A DNA stretch of 64,000 nt from contig OZ360233.1 of NCBI GenBank assembly GCA_977017645.1, positions 21,452,001 to 21,516,000 of the forward strand. The letters run 5' to 3'. This DNA comes from Torpedo marmorata (Eukaryota). Below, piece by piece: positions 24,067 to 37,299 of this stretch. Position 1 is the stretch's first letter. Each line of letters begins with the position of its first letter. The position numbers were made by a program, and so were the translations under genes. A model generated the notes under the pieces. It worked only from the letters and a program-made list of their open reading frames with translations. It searched no databases and had not been told where the DNA came from.

Positions 24067-25563
24067 GTGGGTGGAAGAAAATGTCGTTGGATTCAGCACC
24101 AGCAACCACCAGTTGCTCATGTCCAGCTTAGTGCGAGCGATCTGATAAAATATTTTAACCTGTGTATTTTCTGTCGGCGCATCCTCTGGATATGTGGGTG
24201 TTGCATATTACTCTGTTTGGCCTTTTGCTCCACACCTTCAAAACATAAAATGAAATAAATAATTGGAGACAACACACAGCAGGTCGCGCAGCAGCTGGGG
24301 AGAGAGGAAGAAAGACATAGGGTCAACGTTTCCGATGAATAACACGTTCGGAACTGGCTAAATAGCGTCAGAGTAATCGGAGATACAGCATAGAAACGCC
24401 ATGCTTTGGTCCACCGTGCTAGCGTCGACTGTCAACTATCCATTTCTGTTATCCCTACATTAATCCCATATTTTATCATATGTTCTATTCCACCCAGCCC
24501 GGGATCTCCCACAATGGTGGCTATTTCCAGTGGCTAATTAAACTTTGGATGTGGGTGGGAGGGACGGGAAGAATCCAGCGGGAAACCAACGTCGTCGCAG
24601 AGTATCGTGCGAACTCCACACAGACAGCACCCGAGGTCAAGATTGAATCCGGATCTCTGGCGCTGTGAGGCAGCAACTCTACCAGCTACGCCACACTACG
24701 GCCCTAAAGTTCCAATGAAAGTTCATTGTTCCGGGATGTTAACTCATGTTTCTTAGAACATTACAGCAGAGTTCAGGCCCTTCGGCCCACTATTATGTGC
24801 CGACATATAAGCCAACTCAGCAATCTAACCTTCCCTTCCTCCCACCAGTAAACCTCTATATTTCTTGCATCCTCGTGCCTGTCTAAGAGTTTTTTAATGT
24901 CCCTATTGTACCAGCCTCCACTACCACCCTGGCAATGCATTCCAGGCACCCACTCCTCTCTGTGTAAAAGTAATTATCCCTGATTTCTCCCATAAACGTT
25001 TCTCCCCTCACCCTATGCAGATGTCCTCTAGTATTTGCTACTGTCGCCCCGGGAAAAAAGGATGCTGGCTGTCCACTCTATCTATGCCTCTCATAATCTT
25101 TTCGACCTCTATTAAGTCACCTCTCATCCGTCTTCGCTCCAAGGAGAAATCCGTACATCTAATAACTTTGCCTTATAAGACACGTTCTCCAATCCAGGAA
25201 TCATCCCGTTTCACCGAAGGCAGAGATTTGCTTTCCCTGAAATAATTTAAGAATTGCAAATGTGGGTTTTATTGAAAGGAAATAGATGGGCAAAGATAAA
25301 CGGTGGATATTGGCAAATCGCCTGGTTGTAGAAAACAATATAGAGGATAACCGAGTGAGTGTTAACTGCAAACTTTCTGTGACTGGAATAAAACTGTTCA
25401 GAAGGATCCGTGAGGGATATGGAAGTTACACAAATGAATTGAGGGATCATGAAACTTTCTGAATCAAATGCATGGAAATTTTACCCTTTAACTCGCAGAG
25501 TAAAAGGTCATAACTGCATACGTTTTGACTGAGTGGGTTTTTGTGCTGGCGAAAGGCAATGTG

Positions 25564-25626
25564 TGAACTCAGGGGCTGCAGGGAAACTGATATTTGGAGA
25601 TGGAACACGAGTAACCATAGAACCCA
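25564..25626 (+). CDS. TRAJ: J segment NSGAAGKLIFGDGTRVTIEP
   Basis: RSS 25536-25563, donor GTAAGT. Confidence 0.93.
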
Positions 25627-25864
25627 GTAAGTAGTGCAGCAGGTTGGTGAATATTCAGCAGTACCCATGAATGAACATAAATTATGCAATGCTGCAAGAC
25701 TGAAATTTATTTTAAAAATGATACCGACTCTAGGAATTTCAAGCAGCATCTGTGGAAAAGGAAACAGAGACAACGTAGACGTTTGGTTTTCCGTTTCTCT
25801 TTCCATAGCTCTTAACTTTCCAAATGAATGTTACAGGGAGAGGTAATTAGATGTCCGGTGGCAT

Positions 25865-26418
25865 TCTGCCATGTTGGTTTAATTAAATATTATTGCGTTC
25901 GGTTCTGGTCGCCTCATTATAGGAAGGATACTGATGCTTTGGAGAGGGTGCAGATGAGATTTACCAGGCTGTTGCCTGGATTGGAGAGCGTGTATTATGA
26001 AGCAAGGTTGATAGAACTATGGCTTTTCTCTTTCGATCGACGAAGGATGAGAGGTGACTAGAGGTATTTCAGATCATATGGGGCTTTTTTAGGGTGGAAA
26101 GCCAGCGCCTGTTTTCCTGGGCGACAATAGCAAATTCCAAATGCCATCTGTTCAGAGTGTATGGAGGAAAGCTTAGGGAAGAGGCCAGAGATATGTATTT
26201 TTACTCGGAGTGTGGTGGGTGTCTGCAATGCATTGCTGGGCTGGTGGTGGACAATAGGGGCATTCAAAAGATTCTAAAATGGGCATATTGATGCAAGACA
26301 AATAGGGGGTTATGGGTGTGACGTAGGCAAAATTAGATTGTTGGGGATAAGGTATACATAGCAGGTCTGAATGGCCTGTACTGTACTGTACTGTACTCTG
26401 CTATAGTGTTCTATGTTC
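25865..26418 (+). mobile_element. CR1 LINE 3' fragment (copy of 11500)
   Basis: YCVRFWSPHYRKD..LERVQ motif. Confidence 0.88.
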
Positions 26419-26945
26419 CCCCCAAAGGTTGTACGTACGTTGAGGCAACAACCATGCAGCATTTGGACTAGAATCTGGCGGTCTAAAGGGAAGTTTAGTC
26501 TCTATAAATCCCTCTCTGCGACTTCCTTACGTTTGAATTGGGACATTTTCTCATCTTGTATCTTCGGGGCACTGAGACATCGAGTGTAGTCACAAGGAGC
26601 ATTAAAAAACGTCTCACCTATCATCACATCACAGAGAAAATATGCTCACAATTACTAAAGTATTCATGCATAAAACGACAAGCAGAACAAACGTTGCACC
26701 TCATTGTTTCACTGCACTTTCTAATGATACAGCTTAAACTCTGCATCATTATTTAATATATCATATCGAACGCTCTTCCAATAATAGGCTTAAACAATAT
26801 ATCTTTCAGTGATATATAACAAACGACATTATTCCATCGATAGATATAGATAGAATATCCTATTAATACATCATAAAGGACATAGGCCTCACAATGTAAC
26901 TTATATAATATCTCTCATGAAATATAAAACATGTTATTCTTAATC

Positions 26946-27872
26946 TTTATTTTTCAATATTTTTATTTGTTTCATCAAGTAAATGTTGCATAGGTACGTA
27001 ATAATAAAATAAAGTATTAACAAATTACATATAATAATAACAATGGTGGTAAGACCTACGTTACATTGAAAATAGGTTTTTTTTTAAACCTGAAAAAAAA
27101 CACTATACTGATTATCAATCCCCTCCCTTCAGAGGCTGCTGGCTCAACATAATAATAATAAAAAGGAAGGTAATTAATGGGATCAAAAACCAACATTTAA
27201 TTAATCTTACAAATTTTGAAAATAATTAAGAAAAGAACCCCATAAGGAAACAAATGTACGATTCATTTCAGTCGTGGAACATCTAATTTTTTTCCAAAGT
27301 CAAACATGCCATAATATCAGACAACCATTGAGTATGCGTGGGACGGACAGCATCTTTCCATCTCGTTAATATGGCCCTTCTAGCGATAAGTGAAGCAAGA
27401 ACAACTACATGGGATTGTGAAGCAGTCAATCTTAGATCCCTTGGCTCACTTATTCCAAAGAAAGCAAGTAAAGGATTTGGAGTCAAAATAATGTTAAGAA
27501 CTCAAGACAAGGTACGGAATACACCTTCCCAAAAATTGGAAAGAGAAGGACATAATCAGAACATATGATACAATGTACCTTCTTCAGTTATACATTTATC
27601 ACATTTAGAAGAAAAATCAGAATAGAATTTAGCCAATTAGACTTTGGAATAGTGAACCCAGCGTACTACTTTAAATTGTAATAATGAATGTCTGACACAA
27701 AGAGATGATGAATGCACTCGCTTCAAAATAGAGTCCATGCAGTTTCAGAAATTAATTGATGAAAATCTTGTTCCCATAGTTTTTTGATTCTGTCCAGGGA
27801 ATTATCCCTCGAACTTAAAAGTAAATCATAAAGGACTGATAACATCCGTTTATGATCAGGTTTGAAACTATA
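26946..27872 (-). mobile_element. L1-clade LINE fragment, copy of 12589, frameshifted
   Basis: Same TSD at 26931-26945 and 27873-27887. Confidence 0.9.
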
Positions 27873-28204
27873 ATGTTATTCTTAATCAAGTGCAGACACT
27901 CTGTTTCCTAAAATAGCCTTCAGAAGTGAATGTCGTTCAGAGTTATTCGCTCTTACTGAATTACACCAAATTCTCATCTGTCAAATTGAGTTAGGCAGAA
28001 TGTGCCAAAACTAAAACCTGGCAGTGAGATCAGTTCAATTAATAGCGCAATTAATGCAATCCAGCGCCGTGAATGCAGTCAGCATTCTTTTAAAAAGATG
28101 CCAATTAATTTAGAAACACCCTGAATGTGATATTGACAGCGGTTCGGCCTAAAAGCCGCTCAGTTGCAAAAGACGGGGTTTTTGTTCATGGCATTTTCAC
28201 TGTG

Positions 28205-28268
28205 GGATATGATGGATCAGGTTATCGGCTAATATTCGGAGATGGGGCCAAGCTCACTGTAATTCCAA
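28205..28268 (+). CDS. TRAJ: J segment GYDGSGYRLIFGDGAKLTVIP
   Basis: Fully canonical RSS: GGTTTTTGT 28177-28185 + CACTGTG 28198-28204; donor GTGAGT. Confidence 0.94.
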
Positions 28269-28351
28269 GTGAGTATGGATCGGTAAAAAACACAAATTCT
28301 GGAGAAACTCAGCAGGTCAAACAGTGCACTTTATGTAGCAAAGGTTGAAAT

Positions 28352-28394
28352 ACATAACCGACGTTTCGGGCTTGAGCCCTTCATCAAAGTATGA
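28352..28394 (-). ncRNA. Minimal hammerhead-ribozyme-like motif (copy of 14010)
   Basis: CAUACU-UUGAUGA-A-GGGC UCAA GCCC-GAAAC-GUC-GGUUAUG. Confidence 0.55.
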
Positions 28395-29277
28395 GAAAAT
28401 GCGGGCAGGTGTCCGACAGTTCGTGTATAAATTAAGTTTAGATTGGATTAACATTTTAAAATGCATCTGTGAATGCTAAGAAACTTTGTCTGAGGCGACT
28501 AATAACTGCTGGCATTGGCAAAAGAGCCCATGATGATTTTCACGCGTTATTGTAACCAAGCTAATACCGCACGTTGTTTAAACTGGTTGTTTTCTCTGGA
28601 ACATCGGAGAATAAGGGTGAAACCTTAGAGAAGTGTATTACATTATGAGAGGCAAAGATAGGGTGGACGACAAGAATCTTTTCCAATGGTTAAAAGTCAC
28701 ATACTTGAGGACATGCAATTAAAATGAAGCGGGGAAGGTAAAGAAGAAGTGCAGGGCTGTTGCTTTTTTTATACAGTAAGTGTAATGGTGCCTGGAACGG
28801 GATGCCAGGGAAGCAGGTACGATGGGAGAGTTTAACAGGCTTCGGAGGTGACACACGAAAGTGCACGTGCAGACGTTTAGTTTACTTTGGACATCAAGTT
28901 TGGAGTAGACATCGTGGGCCGAATGGCTTGTTCCTTTTCTCTACTGTACCATGTTGTATGTTCTCATTATAAACTAGGCAATAGCCCTCGCTATAATATT
29001 CAAAAGCAGTATCCTGAACACAGGCAGTTCGCAAGTCTCTTCCCAATTCAACGTCAGCAAACTGACTCCAGTCTGAATTGTGCAAGGATATATTAAGATA
29101 GAAAATGTTACGTTTACGGGATAGGGCGGTGTCGTTCTTGTAATATGCGGAATTAGTTCAAATTTAATTGGAAAATATGTCATTAAAATGGCCCCACGGG
29201 TCTTTGGTGGAATGGGCTACGAACGTGTTTCTCAGACTGCAGCTCCCGGGGTTTCTGGTATGGCATGTGCCACCGTG

Positions 29278-29340
29278 TGAGGTATAGCAGTGCCACCAGT
29301 CTGATGTTTGGAAAGGGGACGAAACTCCTCGTGGAATCAA
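29278..29340 (+). CDS. TRAJ: J segment RYSSATSLMFGKGTKLLVES
   Basis: RSS 29250-29277, donor GTAAGT. Confidence 0.9.
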
Positions 29341-30661
29341 GTAAGTGTGACAAATAAGTCACTGGGTTACGCACAAAATGGTCACGGCTCAATATCACAC
29401 AATTCCATCCGTCGAGTCTAGCTCTTTACAGGCTCTTCGGATCAACTATCCATATCGACCAAGTTCTCTCCTGGAACTGGTCCCTTTTGTCTGCGTTTGG
29501 CCTATATCCCTCTGAATGTTTATTATCCGTCCATCCAATCGTTTTATAAACTTTATAATTGTACCCGCATCTCTCACCTCCTCTGGCATTTCGTTCTGTA
29601 CAGAAACCAACCTCTGCGCAAGAAGAACCTTTCCCGGTGCTGTTCCCTGGTGTACATTCTAGGTGGAACTAGACATAGCAATCTCAATTTCTCTGAGATT
29701 TCCGCCTCTCACCGTAACCTCTTATCTGACTATTTACCTGATTCATGCCCCCATGATTTTATAACCTGTAGAAAGTCAACCCTCAACCTTCTCTGCTCCA
29801 TGGAGAAAGGTTTCTGATTTTACAACCTCTCATCATAACTTAAGCTGTTCGTTCCCAGTAATAATCTCATGAATATTTTCTGCATCCTTTCTAACATAAT
29901 GACATATTTAGTTTCCGATTCAATTTGTGGACCTTTCCTTATCTCTGTGTTGTACACAAAGGGGAGGGAAATTGGAAGCATATTTGCACTGTAGTGTGGC
30001 AGATACAAGTTGGTATTTGGATACGGGACGAAGCTGCCTGTGATTCCGAGTGAGTGGGGAATAGTTCGTATTGGACTTGTTTCATGCTGGACATATACAT
30101 ATATTGCAAATTTCATTAGAGTTTGAAAATGCAAATTTAGGACGTTATGTAATGTATAGGTAAATATCATTGAAGTATTGTTAATATAATTGAAAATGTA
30201 TTGAACCTGCAAAAAGTTCCACTCGAAAACAAATAACACCGAAGCCAATACCATCAAAGTTGAAGCATATTGCTTTCGACCATAGTGGAGGTAAAAACAA
30301 ACATAGAGAGGATATGAAATAGATGCAAGAGTAGACCATTCAGCTTCTCGAGCTTGTTCCTCAATTGAACTAGACGATTGCTGATACTTCAGCTCAAAAC
30401 CATTTCCTCCGCTCTCCCCGTATTCCTTCAATGTACAGATATTCATCGATCTCCATTGTGGGTGAAAGTAGCTCTCCGGTGTACATAGTTACAAATAGCC
30501 ATCACCCTGAGTGAAGTTATTTCTCCTCAATTCACTTCTAAATGGCCGAGATCTCATTCAGAAAATATCCACCCCTTTATTTTAAGGGTTACCAGCCGCC
30601 TACTTTGTAGTTTGGTCCCTACTCATTGCCAAGAGTTTTTGTACGTCTATCACACACTGTG

Positions 30662-30723
30662 GATGAATGTTGGTGGATACGATCTCATATTTGGATTGGG
30701 TACCAAACTTACAGTTCAACCAA
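30662..30723 (+). CDS. TRAJ: J segment MNVGGYDLIFGLGTKLTVQP
   Basis: RSS 30634-30661, donor GTAGGT. Confidence 0.9.
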
Positions 30724-30976
30724 GTAGGTTCAAGGCGGTTTGTTTGGACTCTTCCAAGGGTATCGGTTTTTCAATGGTGGCCGTGTGCATCATTATTATG
30801 TAACAGAGCAGGTGAAAGCAGGTGATCCAAACAAGTGAGAAATACATCCATATATACTTAATGGTGCTTTGTTTTGTCTACACTCTCGATTGTTGTATCT
30901 GAGTCGTGTAATGAGCATGGTGCGGACGTAAGATAAAATGGAGTGATTGGTCTCTGTTTGGGAATTGGACGCTGTG

Positions 30977-31039
30977 TGACTTATACCAGCACTAACGTCG
31001 TTGTCTTTGGAAGTGGGACACATTTGACTGTGTAAACGA
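30977..31039 (+). pseudogene. TRAJ: J pseudogene (TAA, no donor), copy of 2217
   Basis: RSS 30949-30976; GTG TAA; ATAAGT. Confidence 0.87.
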
Positions 31040-32411
31040 ATAAGTCATATCTTATATTTATAATGGCATATAAGAAGACTGGTGACAACGCACATTAAAG
31101 AGATTCTGACAAACTATTATGGGATTATGTTAAATTGAGCCAATCTGTGGAAAAGCTTAACTTTTCAGGGCAAGACTTTAACCAATATTGGTGCTTTTTT
31201 CCATTTGGAAGAACTTAAAGAGGCAATGTGATGTGCAGAATGCATTATAGGGGTGCAGGGTCACTGAAACCTTGGATGTACTGATGGTAACAGAATAGGT
31301 TGAGACGTTTGTGAATAAAAACAAAGGGAATCCTATAGGAGATTGTGCAAAGATTTCGTGTGGCGCTGGTTTGGCCAGAGCGGGAGTATTGGACCTATGA
31401 CAGACCTTCAAGGAAGGATGTAGAAAGCTCGTCTTATTCTGGTCAGAGCAGAGGAGGCAAGGGGGGGATGCGACCCAAGTGGCCTGAGGCATGAATGTTC
31501 AGACAAATGAAAGTGATCTGCTCTCGTTGGCGGGAGGAGGAAACAGAGGTGAGATCACTTGCCATAAAAATAACGCAGCGAGGAGTGATGACTTTGAGTT
31601 CATTGAAGGGAATTTGGAAGCATATTCAACCACAGCTTTCAAGGGGGAGTATACCATAGTACAGATGCAGGTGTGGGAAGATTGCAGATCTGTAAATAAG
31701 AGACCATGGAAATGGTTTAGAATTAACAGATAACATAGAGGTTTAATGAACCGAATAGCCCACTTCTGTGTTCGTTGAGCTTCTTGGCAATCAAAGAAAT
31801 TGCCTAAAGAGGGACTTTCTGCGTCCTAACGTTTAAGAAACGCTGCGAATAATAAACTGGTGTCCCTGAACGTGTAAATAGTGGCAATAGTTAACGTGGT
31901 AACTAATTCCAAAACTTTTCAGGAATTTCACGTTCAGGAAGTTTGATTGGGAACTAAATCAGGGCAATGCATTCAGAAGCGACCTGTTTAAATGTTGTCA
32001 CAAGAAACTAAAGACATTGGAACCTGGAACATAAAAAACAAACTGCTGTAGAAATTCAGCGGGTTGAATTGTATCTGTAGAGCAAAGCAATTAAGAGACT
32101 ACAAATGCTTGAATGTGGACCAGAATGCAGATGCTGGAATCCGGAGCAAAAATATTGATCCCGAAGTCTGTGCGGATGCAGGGCCTCGAGCCTGTCGACG
32201 GTCCCTTTCTCCACAGATGCTCAGATGCTCCTCGACCCGCTGAGTTCCTCCAACAATTTGCTTTTTGCTTGAGTTAAATTGCGTTGCCTAATCGGGATAA
32301 ATGAGATTTGAGGCTATTTTAGCACAGTCGTGCACTTCAGCCGTGTACAGAGATAGCTGGTGATGTAACTTCTGGCCCCCAAAGGTTTTGGTACTTGGGT
32401 TTCTCGCTGTG

Positions 32412-32468
32412 TGAACTTTGCTGATAAGGTGATCTTTGGACCTGGGACCAGGCTTCACGTCAGAGCTA
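32412..32468 (+). CDS. TRAJ: J segment NFADKVIFGPGTRLHVRA
   Basis: nonamer GGTTTTGGT 32384-32392, heptamer CGCTGTG 32405-32411, donor GTAAGT. Confidence 0.9.
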
Positions 32469-34424
32469 GTAAGTAAAATCATTCAAGATATTAGATTTAT
32501 GTGTTGAGAGTCAGAGGCATCTCACAGGTTTAACAGAAACGTGAGAAAATAGTGTTTCGCTGATTTAACGGAAAAGTCCCCCTCCTCCACTCTACGAGTA
32601 TGTGAACTAGGAAGAAACCATTTTAAAGTGTCCATATCTTGAATACAGAACATGTGACATAAATTAAAATAATTCTCCAATGAGGATTTTCTTTTGTGAA
32701 ATCGGTAAAAGAGTGTTGATTCCGTGGGTCCTATTTTCAGAGTCCGACTCAATGCGTTGTTTCGTGTTACCAGTTTTGGTTTGTTTAGTTTTATTCTCTC
32801 CTTCAATAGACTGGAAAATAAAAACAAACTGCAATTCTGAATTAAATTTCCAATCCATAGTTAATTGTTTTCAAGGGAGAAAGGGGGCGTGATGCTGATA
32901 TTACCAGAATGCATGGGACGTTTTGTATTCGATCAGGTTCTGGAAAGTTCATAGGGTGTTTGTTGGGTTTCTTCCCAATTTAACAGAAACGCCATGAATA
33001 GATAAGCCGAGGAACAGGAAGGAACTGGTTGAATTCATACTTGGTTGCATTGTTTTGCAAAATGCTATGCAATTAAATGCAACATGTTATCATCGCATTA
33101 GATTAAAAACAACAATCATTAGTTATATTTTACACAAGTTAATGAAAAGTTATATTGGCTGCCTGTGGTAAGAATAATTATGTAGTTAGAGATCCATACG
33201 AGAGTGATGTTTTGGAAGTTGTGCAAAACTAGTTCGTTTAACCTCGAGTGCTCTCTCTCTTTTCACCTCTGCTTACTCTAATTTAAGATGGATATTCTTC
33301 ACTATATCTAATTATTATCCAGAATCAACTTTAAAGCATGGAAATAATTGCAATATTGAATGTAAGACGCTAATAACAATCTTGGACTCTATGTCTAGCC
33401 AATAGATCCATAAAGTCAAAGCTGTAGCACCAAAATAGGCCTTTCGGCGAATCACGTCTGTCGATACAAATTTCATTTACCATTTCTTGGTCCGTAGTCT
33501 TCTCTGCGATGCCAATTTAAGTACTCGTCTTGAAACGTATTGCATGTTATGAGAGTACGTGACCTCTCCAATCCGTCAGGCAGTGCATCCCCGATTCCAA
33601 ACACTTTTTACTCTCTGGAGCAAATCGCCCGATCTGATCTGATAATTCACAGCATTGCAAACTTTAAAAAGATACACTTGACCTCCAAATACCACATTTC
33701 TGCTTATAAAATGCAGATATTTATGTCCCATCCTTCAGTGCCCCTGAAGTGCCAAACCAACTGATAGATCTGAAGCCACATATACAGCAGACCAAACTTT
33801 AAAAAGATAGGAGAATGGAGGAGGCCACACGTTCCCTCAAGCCTTCCGCACCATCCAATATGATTTTGGCTGAAAATGCCTCAGTTATCATCCTTTCTGC
33901 ACCAGTTCTCCATAGCCCTTGTTATTCGATCTTCAAAAAAGTTTCCAATTTAACTACCCCCAGGGACCTATTACCCACAACTCTCTGGAGTAAAGAATTC
34001 TAGAAATTCACCAGTTGGATTTTATAACAAGACAGTTATTTCCTTGTATTCAATATTACTGAGACGATTTTGCCCTGATTAAAAGCCAGATACATTCAAT
34101 TTCGCGAAGATCAATACCTTCACATATCTGATGGAATTCAAAAGTTTATGTCCTTGGATTATTGGTCGAGAAATTTGATTGCTATTTCGGAAACTTATAA
34201 AGGACACAGCCATGCCAAGCTTTAAATGAATAAATAAGTTACGTTTGAGTCTTGAATATATAAATAGGTTATTTTTACTAATAATTAAAACATAATTTAG
34301 ATAGGAGTGCACTGCAGATAATTCGATTGAATGATATTAAGTATTCCGATGTAACAGCCTGTGAGAGTGGTAATCCACTAAACTCAGCCTGAGGGAAGTT
34401 TTTGATGTGGGGTGCAGTACTGTG

Positions 34425-34487
34425 TGGATGGGGGAGCTAACACCAGACTCATCTTTGGAAATGGGTCTAGGTTAACTGTGAAATTGA
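34425..34487 (+). CDS. TRAJ: J segment DGGANTRLIFGNGSRLTVKL
   Basis: nonamer AGTTTTTGA 34397-34405, heptamer TACTGTG 34418-34424, donor GTAAGT. Confidence 0.91.
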
Positions 34488-35393
34488 GTAAGTATCAATT
34501 AAAATTGATAGGACTCTATTTATCTCCAAATGTATATATGTTGTCTTGTATTTGCACTGTAGCAATTAGTCTGTCGGTGTATTGGATATTGAATGCTCTG
34601 ACCGGAGTGTGATTGTGAATATTCATACCGTGAATGAATTATCAGAATTAGGTAATGGATTACAGGAAAGTTAATGGAACAGGAATTATAGGTTTATTAG
34701 AGCCCGGATGACTTGTTGGGCTGTACGGCCTCTTTTTTGAAGTAAGAAATTTTGAGAAATATGACAATATCCCAAATCCACTTTCCTTTGGAAAATATGC
34801 CAGATGAAGCGAGATATCAAACAAGCTAATGTACAATTTGATTGCGCATTTTACGAGACATTTAGATAATTGATTCAGAGACAGGGATTTGAACCAGGGT
34901 CACCCTGACCTAACTATTTTCCCACTCACCTCTCTATGTGACAACTAACTTGCTTTCCTACTTGCTCATTTCTGGTGAAGGGTTTTCAACCTGATTCGTT
35001 AACTCCTGTTTACTATCCATGGATGCTGCCTGACCTTTTGGGAGATTCCGAATTTACCTGTTTGATTTAAATTAAATCCAGAAGCAATTATTCAATGCAC
35101 TGATCTGGAGGCTGGGGGCTCTGTAACTCTTAATTGTTGTAGAAAAACAGAAGTACAAAAAAGATCCATCTGATGTTCACAGAGAGAGAAAAAGAAAGTT
35201 ATAATTTCGGGTCACTAATTTTATTGAATATTCTGCCATTCAGAACCAACTCCGAAGGATGGTCCTATTTGTGCTACACCGTATTATAACAAGACTAGGA
35301 TGCCTTTTGATTTAATGGGACGAGTTATTCATTGGTGTAAAATGCGCACCAAGGTTAGCCGACTGGGTTTGTGTTATAGCTTGCATTGCTGTG

Positions 35394-35450
35394 TGGGCTC
35401 TGGACAGAAGCTCGTGTTTGGTTCAGGAACCAAGATGACAGTATTAACAA
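35394..35450 (+). CDS. TRAJ: J segment GSGQKLVFGSGTKMTVLT
   Basis: nonamer GGTTTGTGT 35366-35374, heptamer TGCTGTG 35387-35393, donor GTAAGT. Confidence 0.91.
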
Positions 35451-36001
35451 GTAAGTTCAATCGTATCCAGTCAAACAAAAACAGACGAGCGATTCAGGGT
35501 GTCTGTTTCAAAACCTGAATGGTCGCTGTCAACGTTAAACCTTCGGAGACTCATATAATCACCTTCCAGATTTTATCCGTAATCTCTTTCCTTTGGTCAT
35601 TTGTAATCAGAAACGTTTGTTTGAAATGTTGATAAATATAACGTGCGTTGACGTAAACAATCAATACAACATCATAGCAACGATGCAATTTCTTAATGTC
35701 CATTCGACGTCCATTTGGCCAGGGGTGCCTTTATATTATCCGAACCAATGTATCTAATAACGTGTGAATAAAGCGACGTACTGTTATGACAAAACGACGT
35801 TGGATAGGCCGACAAGGTCCAATGCATATTCTGATATGTCTGAATAATGTGCAATTTTGGTCACCTGAGATTATCACAAAATGGCTATTTTTAAGATTTT
35901 TGATTAGTTACACGTCTCTGACATAATAAAGTACAGGATACATGTATGACTAGACAGCGCAGTCGCTCTGCTGAGTTATTGTCAATGAGTAAGTTACTGT
36001 G

Positions 36002-36064
36002 TGTATTCTGGAGGAGTTGGGAAAATGCTATTTGGTAGCGGTACCAAGCTTGTTATTAATCCCG
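36002..36064 (+). CDS. TRAJ: J segment YSGGVGKMLFGSGTKLVINP
   Basis: nonamer AGTTATTGT 35974-35982, heptamer TACTGTG 35995-36001, donor GTAAGA. Confidence 0.91.
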
Positions 36065-37042
36065 GTAAGATGTCAGAAGAATTATTCAAACTAAATTGCC
36101 ACTTTCTTTGCAGGGCAATTGAGAAATCCTGTTCTGTGGAATGGAGATAGTCAGTGAACAGCAATAAATATATCCCAACCAGCATAATTTGCCATGCCAT
36201 AAGCAGATAGCACTAATGTGATTTGAATTGAATTATTTTTGTCCAAGATACAGTGAACAGCTTTATTTTCCGTGCTGTCCAGGCATGTCAATCCATACAT
36301 ACGTAGAGCAGGTATTGCAATAATGAAATACAAGTGCGGGCATAGTGTTCCAATCAGTCACAAATGGAAGTATTGTGCTGCACTGAGTCACAAATGAAGT
36401 ATAACGTAAAGGTACAGTTGCATAGGGCAGGGGCATCGTCTTTTACCAGTGAAATGTCCACTCAAGAGTCTGATAACATCTGAAAGGAACGGTCCTTGAA
36501 TCCGTAGATTAGTATACTCAAGATTGTGTGCTTCTTCCTTGGATTTGTATGGAGTTAAGTGCGACTGGTTAAATAAAGATGAGACACTGGCTAATGTTTT
36601 AACATGGACAGTTATTGACTATAAGAACGCAAGGATCAGGTGGGTATAGGGGTACACAGGTAGACAGGAGGTGGACAAAGTCAGGCAAGCAGATAAACGG
36701 ACAGACAGGTTTCCAAACAGGTTGAGTATCCGTTTATTTCCATTGATGCTGCCTAACGCACAGGAGTCCCTCCAGCTTTTCACAGTCCGAGATACCAGTA
36801 TCCACCGTTCCTGTCTTTCTCTAGACAGACTGACAGCCGTACATGTGGAGAAACAGATCCAGGGTGACTCTATTATGAATAAATAATGACACTCTTCTTT
36901 ACAAGAGATCAATTTATTGACTGGAATGAGAGAACTTCCCAGTGGGAAGGATTCCAAGGTCGACAAATATAAAGTCGATTTTATGGCTAGTCTTAGTGCT
37001 TGGCTTCAGGTAAATGTTCTTGCCATGGGATGTCATGCTGTG

Positions 37043-37099
37043 TGGATGATCGCACGAAGATAATGTTTGGATCTGGGACCAAGCTAGTGGTGCAAGCGA
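37043..37099 (+). CDS. TRAJ: J segment DDRTKIMFGSGTKLVVQA
   Basis: nonamer TGTTCTTGC 37015-37023, heptamer TGCTGTG 37036-37042, donor GTAAGC. Confidence 0.89.
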
Positions 37100-37299
37100 G
37101 TAAGCAAATCCTAATGTTCTATTCTCGGGATAATAATAATTGAAACATTTTTTCTTCAAAAATACTCCACGGTTTATTTGATGTGGAGAATAACTAGTAA
37201 GACATTCGGGACAAAAATCTTTTCTGCAGAAGAGATGCGGCTGAAATGATTTTCACCATATACCGGATTGTGGATAGATATTATATTTCTATCCACAAA

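Larger units (their letters stand above)
14417..28758 (+). repeat. ~14.4-kb tandem segmental duplication, period 2
   Basis: Collinear near-identity with 1-14416. Confidence 0.97.
28759..31984 (+). repeat. Third, partial period of the tandem duplication
   Basis: Matches 1-3228; identity ends after ...CAGAAGCGACC at 31984. Confidence 0.96.

Noticed and set aside
34412-34612. ORFs reading YC/HC...FGxG (also 50136, 57297, 61158) that look like germline-joined V-J junctions
   Set aside because: The 'YCV/HCV' is just the translated heptamer (TACTGTG/CACTGTG+TG) with a nonamer 12 bp upstream; there is no V domain before it
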